IMG/VR virus record: IMGVR_UViG_3300031801_000004
Coordinates: 1-38,395 of that record
DNA: 38,395 nucleotides
Strand: one strand, 5' to 3'
Origin: a virus
Lineage: Duplodnaviria > Caudoviricetes
Shown piece after piece: positions 9,593 through 16,024 of this stretch. The notes below the pieces were generated by a model. The model ran no database searches. It was not told the DNA's origin and saw only the letters and a program-made list of their open reading frames with translations. Positions within the stretch are counted from its first letter, which is position 1, and every line of letters starts with the position of its first letter. The translations under genes and the position numbers were made by a program.

Positions 9593-10283
9593 ACGACTGA
9601 CCGGACACGGCTCGACATGACGTGACTCGACTTGTCTGACCTGACAGAGCATGGCCGGACACGACCGGACAGAACATGACGGGACCCGACTGGACCTGAC
9701 TGCCATGACGCGACTGGACCGAACCCAACAGGACCTGAGACTGACTCGACTGACCTGACGCGACATAACCGGACCTGACGCGATCAGAACTGGACTAGAC
9801 TGACTTGACGGGACCAGACCCAACTGGACCGGGCACAACTTGACTCGACTGACTTGACTCGACTCAACTCGACACGACGCGACACGACTGTCCAGGACTA
9901 GACTGACCTGACGCGACTCTACCGAAACCTGACGACACAGGGCACGACTTGTCTGACCTGCCTCGACTTAACGTGAACACGACGTAACTCGACGAGACTC
10001 GCCTGACCTGACTCGACTCGACCCGACTGACACGGCTCAACACGACCCGACGCGACAGGACTGGACTTGACAAGACCGAACTCAACAGGGGCACGTCTCG
10101 ACTGACAGGACAAAACCTGACCTGACAAAACTCGACTCGACGCGACTCAACTAGACTGACACGACACGACATGACGGAACCAGCCTCGACGAAACCCGAC
10201 TGACTTGACTCAACTTGACTTTACTCGACTTGACTTGACTTGACTTGTCTGACTCGACACGACCAGGCTTGGCACGCCCCGAC
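9593..10283 (-). repeat. Non-coding GTY-NN pentamer array (~126 pentamers in 14 units separated by 4-nt GTCA); candidate guide-RNA array
   Basis: Minus strand reads gtcGG ggcGT gccAA gccTG gtcGT gtcGA [gtca] gacAA gtcAA... Constant triplet is mostly GTC/GTT and the dinucleotide varies. Separators (plus-strand tgac) at 10250, 10201, 10157, 10103, 10028, 10004, 9954, 9904, 9850, 9801, 9751, 9701 (tgcc), 9637, 9598. Confidence 0.9.
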
Positions 10284-10286
10284 ATG

Positions 10287-10787
10287 TCACACAAGCTCAA
10301 TGTCGTCGATTTCGTTAAACACCAGGCCAAAAATATCAGCATATTCCCTGTACCGGTTCCGCCATCGATTGGCTTCGGAAAGTGCCTTTTTGGCAACCTG
10401 ATCCGATAGCCCCTTGTCTTTCATAATTGTCTGCACAGAGACGTAGCCCGTTTCCACATCGTCCTCTCCGACCTGCACGGTAACACTGTGGAACGCGCGT
10501 GTAGTTTGGGACTTTCCGTTGACGCGGACCACTACCTTTACGTAGGCCAGATATTTACGTGCCTGAAGAACCCTATACGCTCCAGCCGCGGCAGCATCGT
10601 TCCAGACAAACATGTCGTGTATGGGGCTGCCCTTTGGTTTCGCGTATGCAGCCAGTTGCTCGGCTTTCACATGCGTCTGACCGGTCTTCTGCTTAATGTC
10701 CTCGATCACATCTCCCAGCACTTGCGCCTGGTCGTCAGTGATCGGGGCGTGGTTAGACGCCTTGTATCGTTTGCGTCGTTTTGCCAT
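10287..10787 (-). CDS. Conserved-looking phage protein, partner of the RAMP-like gene (166 aa)
   Basis: ATG 10787 with GGGAG RBS. Motif SPIHDMFVWNDAAAAGAYRVLQAR resembles a recurrent phage hypothetical family. Stop lies 3 nt before the array. Confidence 0.75.
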   Translation of the reverse strand: MAKRRKRYKASNHAPITDDQAQVLGDVIEDIKQKTGQTHVKAEQLAAYAKPKGSPIHDMFVWNDAAAAGAYRVLQARKYLAYVKVVVRVNGKSQTTRAFHSVTVQVGEDDVETGYVSVQTIMKDKGLSDQVAKKALSEANRWRNRYREYADIFGLVFNEIDDIELV

Positions 10788-10803
10788 TTTGAACGCTCCC
10801 ATG

Positions 10804-10845
10804 ACAAAAAAGGCCGGACCTGCCGCGAGAACGACAGGTTCGGCA
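10804..10845 (-). terminator. Intrinsic terminator-like hairpin between the RAMP-like gene and the partner gene
   Basis: GCCGAACCTGTCG-ttctcg-CGGCAGGTCCGGC (one mismatch, one G-U) followed by CTTTTTT. Confidence 0.6.
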
Positions 10846-10851
10846 GTTGCG

Positions 10852-11598
10852 CTAAGCGGACATCTCGATCTTCTTGAGATCGACGTCAAAGCGACCGTGA
10901 TTGTTACCCTGCCGCTCAGGGCGATCGTCGCCCACGCCAACAGAGAATCCAGCGTGAGTCATCAGGTTGATTATCGCTCCTGGAGTAATCACGTTCGTGT
11001 TGTACTGGACGGTAACTACCGCGCTCCACTTGTCGAATCCCGGTCGGTACCGCAAGTCGGTGCTTCCATTCGGCAACCGAACCGTGTCCGTCCGCATGTG
11101 CGGAACCTTGGACGTTTTAATGGTGACCAATTCCGTGCCATCGCGACTCTCTCGCGCATCGCTGATCACGAACAGCGCACCGCGGCACAGCACCATCGTG
11201 AGCCCATCGACGAATCGGCACGCACTGACGATGCACTTCTTGAAGGCCGCGGCGGGCATTCCGTACACGCATCCCTTTTCCCCCGGATTCCCGCTCGCGA
11301 CATACATCGCTTCCAGGAATTCTGATTTCGGGTCACGCTTCTCCTTTTTGTTCCGCGCCTTACCGGCCTGGATATCCTCCATCATTTTCCGCGCCTTCGG
11401 ACCAAATCGGTGCATGATCAGGTCGTCACTGGCCGCCATGCCGGTGACGGGGACCTGGATCTCCATTCGCTGTACCTCTGGGATTTCTAGCACCACCGAT
11501 TTTCCCTTACCCTTCGCGGTCGACTCCGCGTGGGTGATGTCTCCGTTGCCGTTTTGTGACGCTGACTTGGCTGACTTGACTGCTGCTCTGGCCTGCAT
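10852..11598 (-). CDS. Stand-alone Cas7/RAMP-superfamily-like protein (Vipr-like)
   Basis: RAMP-like motif order: IQVPVTG....LIMH, YGMPAAAFKKCIVSA (compare P.IPgsslKG), RYRPGFDKWSAVVTVQY, and a C-terminal Gly-rich loop AGFSVGVGDDRPERQGNNHGRFDV. Start is ATG 11598 (AAAGG) or GTG 11613. Confidence 0.7.
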   Translation of the reverse strand: MQARAAVKSAKSASQNGNGDITHAESTAKGKGKSVVLEIPEVQRMEIQVPVTGMAASDDLIMHRFGPKARKMMEDIQAGKARNKKEKRDPKSEFLEAMYVASGNPGEKGCVYGMPAAAFKKCIVSACRFVDGLTMVLCRGALFVISDARESRDGTELVTIKTSKVPHMRTDTVRLPNGSTDLRYRPGFDKWSAVVTVQYNTNVITPGAIINLMTHAGFSVGVGDDRPERQGNNHGRFDVDLKKIEMSA

Positions 11599-11643
11599 GG
11601 GTGTACCTTTCACATAGGAGTTAAATGAAGCAAGACAGGAGTA

Positions 11644-11671
11644 ATATTATCAGCACGTGATAATCCGTCAA
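11644..11671 (-). promoter_or_regulatory. Sigma70-like promoter with overlapping palindromic operator
   Basis: TTGACG-16 nt-TAATAT. Inverted repeat ATTATCA-N5-TGATAAT at 11646-11664. Confidence 0.55.
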
Positions 11672-11790
11672 TACCAGAAGGTGGGAAAAAGTCCACTTCC
11701 CATCGATGCGGCAGACCCTGCGGGGGGACGAGAATCGCGAAACCACAGTACAATGGTCGTGTACCAAACACACGGACGAAAGGCAACGCC

Positions 11791-12708
11791 ATGCCACTAA
11801 GCAACGAGCAGCAGCGGAAAATCATCGAAAATGTGATCGGCGGAAAGAATCAGTTCCAGCAACAAGGCGGGATGTTCCAGCAGCTGGGTCAGAAATTCGG
11901 CGCATTCGGCGAGATGATCGGCATGGTAGCTGACGTTTTGACCGGAGGTCGTCCGCCAAGGCGGAAAGACGTTGAAGACGCCGTTCAGATACTCACCGAG
12001 CAGGGAGCTAACGAAACACCACGGGGACCACCGCCCGCGCCAGAGTCCGGGATTCCTCCTGTTCGCATGCCGCCGGTCCAGCGACCCAGGAGGCCGGTGC
12101 CGTCCCAGCCGCCAGCTATTAGCACTCGCCGCGCTGCTGATCCGCCGAGGGTTAGAGGCGCCGAGCCGTGGCCTGAAGAGGGGATGATCACAACGCTGCC
12201 CACGAGAATCAGGGGCGCGTATGAGTTCATTCCGGCGGACATTACGGGAATGAGTCCGATGATACTCACCCCCGAAAGTTCAAATATCTATGGAGTGTCT
12301 TACGATTACCATTCGCAGGTTTTGATGGTGCAATTTAACGCGCCGTCTCCGGTGATCGGTTACAAGGAAATGACCTCCGTGTGTTCTGGTGAGAGATACC
12401 AGTGCGGAATTCGACCCCACTCCCCGGGACCGATCTACTCCTACGGAGGTGCTGGCAGAGGGGTCCCTCCAGCGACATTCGAGGCGATGGTAAATGCGGC
12501 GTCCAAAGGCCAGTTTTTATGGGAAAATATCAGGATTTGCGGAACGCAGCACGGACATCGGTTCAGCTACACATTGACTGACGTTCCAGAGGGTCAGACA
12601 ATTCCAAGAAAAGCCACGCGACGCGGTTTGCGTGTACGTGTAGTTCCTAACGTTGGCCAAGGCCGTCGAGGCGGACGAAAGTCAACTCTTCCAGAATCAA
12701 TTCGCTGA
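11791..12708 (+). CDS. KTSC domain-containing protein with Pro-rich linker
   Basis: SSNIYGVSYD...LMVQF...YSY....V....FEAMVNAASKGQFLWENIR matches the KTSC pattern, with an insertion. Confidence 0.7.
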   Translation: MPLSNEQQRKIIENVIGGKNQFQQQGGMFQQLGQKFGAFGEMIGMVADVLTGGRPPRRKDVEDAVQILTEQGANETPRGPPPAPESGIPPVRMPPVQRPRRPVPSQPPAISTRRAADPPRVRGAEPWPEEGMITTLPTRIRGAYEFIPADITGMSPMILTPESSNIYGVSYDYHSQVLMVQFNAPSPVIGYKEMTSVCSGERYQCGIRPHSPGPIYSYGGAGRGVPPATFEAMVNAASKGQFLWENIRICGTQHGHRFSYTLTDVPEGQTIPRKATRRGLRVRVVPNVGQGRRGGRKSTLPESIR

Positions 12709-12909
12709 ACTGATTTTAGGCTGTGACCCTGATATGACTCCGTGGCATTGCCTGCATAACGGGACGACATCAAGCCACTGTTCTACGGCATACCCTTCGT
12801 GGTGATGGTATTCAGCGGCCGGTATGCCGCATTGAATACACAGTCTAGTGGTAATGTGTTCAAGCACTCCCGTCTTTACCGCGAAGTAGACAGCTATTTT
12901 CGGCCTCGC
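12697..12909 (-). pseudogene. 5'-truncated HNH endonuclease remnant (not in ORF track)
   Basis: Manual translation: ARPKIAVYFAVKTGVLEHITTRLCIQCGIPAAEYHHHEGYAVEQWLDVVPLCRQCH. In-frame TAA immediately upstream; no start ahead of the N-terminal part. Confidence 0.55.
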
Positions 12910-12928
12910 TTATTTTACCACAAGCAGA

Positions 12929-13714
12929 TCAAAACAGTACGTTCTGTCGCAACCGGTTATTCGCTATCTGAACGTATTCTGGATTGATCTCTATCCCGAT
13001 CCACCGGCGCCCGTTGTGCTTTGCCATCTTGGCTGTCGTTCCTGAACCACTGAACGGGTCCAACACAACATCGCCCTCGTTGCTCCAGCTTAGGATGTGG
13101 TCGCGTGCGAGAACTTCGGGGAACGCCGCTGGGTGTGAATAGATTCCCGTGTGCCCTTTCCCTGCTGAATATCTCCACACGTTCATTCGCTGACCAAGTT
13201 CCCGTCGTTTCCCTCTATCTAAGGAATTCTGCCTAACAATAGACTTGCCGTTTTTGTCTCTCCTATAGTCTCCACCCAAGGCGTTGCCGCCTGTTGCGTT
13301 TACGCGATCGCAAATAGGGTTGAATGTTTCTGCGTTTCCCTTCGCGAATACAAACATAAACTCAGCGGTCTGATGGTATTTGTCTGCCGACGGAAACGAA
13401 AACCCAGCCGTCTCGTAAATCATTGTGTCCCAGATCTTGAACCCGATTTCCTTGAACCGCAACGCCTGCATGAACGACGCGCCCGACTCGCTTCCGTCAA
13501 CGGTCTGATCGGACACCACCCAGACGACAACCCCGCCCGGCTTCGTGATTCGCCAGAGCTGTTGCGCGACACCTTCAAAGTTCCAAGAGTGCCCGCCATA
13601 AGTCCGCAACTCGCCGTATGGGGGCGAAGTCACGGTCAGGTCGATGCAGTCATCAGGGAAGCCACTGAGCACTTCCACGTTGTCGCCGCACACAATCTGA
13701 TCCAATGGAAGCAT
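12929..13714 (-). CDS. DNA methyltransferase, N4-C/N6-A, beta class
   Basis: TSPPY catalytic motif precedes HPAAFP and VLDPFSGSGTT (SAM binding). Confidence 0.92.
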   Translation of the reverse strand: MLPLDQIVCGDNVEVLSGFPDDCIDLTVTSPPYGELRTYGGHSWNFEGVAQQLWRITKPGGVVVWVVSDQTVDGSESGASFMQALRFKEIGFKIWDTMIYETAGFSFPSADKYHQTAEFMFVFAKGNAETFNPICDRVNATGGNALGGDYRRDKNGKSIVRQNSLDRGKRRELGQRMNVWRYSAGKGHTGIYSHPAAFPEVLARDHILSWSNEGDVVLDPFSGSGTTAKMAKHNGRRWIGIEINPEYVQIANNRLRQNVLF

Positions 13715-13930
13715 TCAGCTTTTCCCAGCTAATCGTTCGGCCGGTTTGCACTGGCGATTGCACTTGTTGCATCGAAAGCGATCACTCTCAACATCCCACC
13801 ATCCGAGCCACTGCACGTACTGGCAGGCGTCCGGTCTGAAATATACGATTGCTCTACGGCAACAATCAGACACTGGAGGAACAGCGTAGCCGTTGTCGTC
13901 TTTGTACATGTAGGTGTTGCCGTATTCCAT
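13715..13930 (-). CDS. Small Cys-rich hypothetical protein
   Basis: SDCC...CNKCNRQC; ends 1 nt before the MTase start. Confidence 0.5.
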   Translation of the reverse strand: MEYGNTYMYKDDNGYAVPPVSDCCRRAIVYFRPDACQYVQWLGWWDVESDRFRCNKCNRQCKPAERLAGKS

Positions 13931-13951
13931 AGTTTCAACTCTCAAATCTCA

Positions 13952-14107
13952 AGCCCCGTGGACAGACTCGAACTGCAGGGTCGCCCTCGTTCAGTGGCTG
14001 AACTCTCCGCAGCAGTCTTCATGCCTGCCATTTCGGGATAACCCCCTGCCTCTCTCAAGAGAGACTCCACTCAGGGCAGGTACGCCACCTCCTGCTACTC
14101 ACGGGTC
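13952..14107 (-). ncRNA. Putative structured RNA with a tRNA-like acceptor/T-arm end
   Basis: 5' CCCGTG pairs with 3' CACGGG. GCAG-TTCGAGT-CTGT T-arm-like element. Several internal hairpins. ~155 nt, not a canonical tRNA. Confidence 0.35.
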
Positions 14108-14281
14108 GCCACGGATATCAGCTTCGTCTAGACATGCGGAGTGCAGGTCGAGTCTGCTCGCGATCACCTTAAGGAGGGCAGACATCAAGTGAACCGGAAT
14201 GTCCTTCTCATTTCCTAGCTCCATTATGAAATGGTCAATCAACTTGAGTATTTCAATGCAGTCATCTTGATTCCTCGTCAT
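14099..14281 (-). CDS. Hypothetical protein (60 aa)
   Basis: ATG 14281 with GAGG RBS. Confidence 0.5.
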   Translation of the reverse strand: MTRNQDDCIEILKLIDHFIMELGNEKDIPVHLMSALLKVIASRLDLHSACLDEADIRGDP

Positions 14282-14320
14282 CGGTACACCTCTATTTTGC
14301 GGTGCGATCATCGTATTCCC

Positions 14321-14722
14321 CTATCTACGTATGGTTGGCATGTTCGCATTAACAGCTCGTAAGAAATTCAACCGGTATCGGTTAACATTTTCCGGCATTA
14401 GAAAGTACGCCGTCGATCGATAGAACACCTTGTTGTGGGAATAGTGCGGCCGACTATTGTACCGCGCGAGCCGTATTTGCCGTGCTCGTTCTTTCCTGGG
14501 GGCTTGCAGGAGATTCCTGTAATACCTGACGTCGTCTCTTATCAGTTCATTTGGATGCACGGCGATGGCGCCGATGATCGTCTTTATGAAGACGTGGTTA
14601 TTCTCGAACCCCAAGAACTCTCCGCCTATGGTTCCCCCGTCGCCTTTAAGCGTCCAAGTCTTTTGGTTTTCCTCAGTCTCGATCAGACCCAGCAGGGCTG
14701 TGAGTAAGACGAAATCTATCAT
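14321..14722 (-). CDS. SHD1-like domain protein with hydrophobic N-terminus
   Basis: KTWTLKGDGGTIGGEFLGFENNHVFIK...V..NEL..DD..Y resembles SHD1 (RTWT..G...A.fv...v.l....L...D..Y). Confidence 0.5.
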   Translation of the reverse strand: MIDFVLLTALLGLIETEENQKTWTLKGDGGTIGGEFLGFENNHVFIKTIIGAIAVHPNELIRDDVRYYRNLLQAPRKERARQIRLARYNSRPHYSHNKVFYRSTAYFLMPENVNRYRLNFLRAVNANMPTIRR

Positions 14723-15198
14723 GTCGGCATTCCCACTGTACGATACACAAGGCCAGCTTCGCTCAATAAGGATTCTGCCAGGAGCAAGTCCTCATGCCAT
14801 TTCGATGGAACAGCACGCTTGGGGTAAGACACGACTTCTGCTATTCCGGCCTGGATCACTTCAACGGTGCATCGAACGCACGGTGGACCGCCCCACACTT
14901 CACCTGACGAATCAGTAGCGGAGATGTACAACGTGCATCCTTTGACAGGAATTCCAACGCGAGCGGCAGCCAAAACCGCATTCATTTCTGCGTGAACAAC
15001 CAACTTGAGTTTCGTTTCGCGATCGTTGAGTCGCTCCCGACTGTCAACAATTCCACGCGGGAAGCCATTGAAACCGGCCGACCGTATTTCACGATCAGGA
15101 CCGACGATTACAGCGCCAACATGCGTGCTCGGATCTTTTGACATCCTGGCGTGGTCCTGGCATAAACGCAGAAAGTGATGATCCCAGCGCTCGCTCAT
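14719..15198 (-). CDS. dCMP (deoxycytidylate) deaminase
   Basis: SKDPSTHVGAVIV, GFNGFPRG, HAEMNA, PCVRC zinc motif. Confidence 0.92.
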   Translation of the reverse strand: MSERWDHHFLRLCQDHARMSKDPSTHVGAVIVGPDREIRSAGFNGFPRGIVDSRERLNDRETKLKLVVHAEMNAVLAAARVGIPVKGCTLYISATDSSGEVWGGPPCVRCTVEVIQAGIAEVVSYPKRAVPSKWHEDLLLAESLLSEAGLVYRTVGMPT

Positions 15199-15238
15199 TG
15201 TGTCCCCTTTCATTTGGTGAACATGTCCGCGCGCCCGA

Positions 15239-15871
15239 CTAATAAAGAACGCTCGTCTCTGTGGTGGCCACTAGTCCCGTAGATGCCAAGCGGTTCATTA
15301 ACCTTAAGTGACGCGCGAGTTCGATTACCGCCAGCACTTCGGATTTTGCGCCAGTGTCCGGAAGATCGATTGAAAAGTATTCCGCCAGCGTTCCAATCAT
15401 GTAATCTTTCGGCGTCGTTACCGCGGGATTCATGGCAAATTCCCACCGCGCCCACTGGCAGGTGTCCATAGCAATGAAATCGGCAGGGAAGAACCTGTGG
15501 CTTCTGTCGAACCAGGATTTCAGGAACGGGGCGTCAAACCACGACGCGTTGTGCCCTACGAGCTGGGCAACCCAAAACGGTTCGCCTTTCCTGTTTACGC
15601 GTCTGATGTGCCGGTGGCGACTCAAGAAGTCGTCGACCGTTTGCATCGCGTCGGCCGGGGATAGGGCTGTACGCGCCCACAGATCCATGTCGTAACAGGC
15701 GGCTTCCAGATAATGCGGAAGTGCTTTTGTGTCGTCAAACTTGACGGCGACATCAAGTACCGCCTTGGGTTTGAGTTCATTAAGGTCCGCTACGGCCGCG
15801 GCGACTCCGATTATCTGGTCCCCATGCTTGCGTGGTCCCGTGGTCCGCACATCGATAACGACAACTTCCAT
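15239..15871 (-). CDS. DEDDh/DnaQ-like 3'-5' exonuclease, degenerate active site
   Basis: IDVRTTG (ExoI), VGHNASWFDAPFL (ExoII), DT. ExoIII H..D is not conserved. GGAG RBS at ATG 15871. Confidence 0.75.
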   Translation of the reverse strand: MEVVVIDVRTTGPRKHGDQIIGVAAAVADLNELKPKAVLDVAVKFDDTKALPHYLEAACYDMDLWARTALSPADAMQTVDDFLSRHRHIRRVNRKGEPFWVAQLVGHNASWFDAPFLKSWFDRSHRFFPADFIAMDTCQWARWEFAMNPAVTTPKDYMIGTLAEYFSIDLPDTGAKSEVLAVIELARHLRLMNRLASTGLVATTETSVLY

Positions 15872-16024
15872 TACGACACTCCGTTTGAAGGATTCGGAAT
15901 CAAAAACCAACAGGACCTTATCGCTTACTGCGAAACACAGCAACCCCGAGTCAGCCTTCGATTGTTCTAAGTCTTGGCGGTAGGCTACAATTTGGTCTTA
16001 AGGATGCACGGAAACAAGGGGATT

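Noticed and set aside
9593-10283. Reading the array as a canonical CRISPR or a simple microsatellite
   Set aside because: No 25-40 nt direct repeats with unique spacers. The dinucleotides are too diverse and the separators too regular for slippage alone.
9587-10396. ORFs over the array (9587..9838, 9864..10172, 9919..10128, 10151..10396)
   Set aside because: S/R/V/C-rich translations are by-products of the 5-nt periodicity. A period of 5 with 4-nt breaks does not fit codon-level selection.
10788-10940. N-terminal extension of ORF 10287..10940 (and similar extensions at 7810-7956, 23543-23776, 4068-4169)
   Set aside because: They overlap neighbouring genes, terminators or promoters. Downstream ATGs have better RBS or translational coupling.
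11705-11743. GATGCGGCAGACCCTGCGGGGGGACGAGAATCGCGAAAC as an orphan CRISPR repeat for Cas12m
   Set aside because: Ends in GAAAC with a weak hairpin, but I found only one copy, so it cannot be supported.
15310-15345. GTTCGATT tRNA-like T-loop on the + strand
   Set aside because: The stem does not pair properly and it lies inside the exonuclease CDS.
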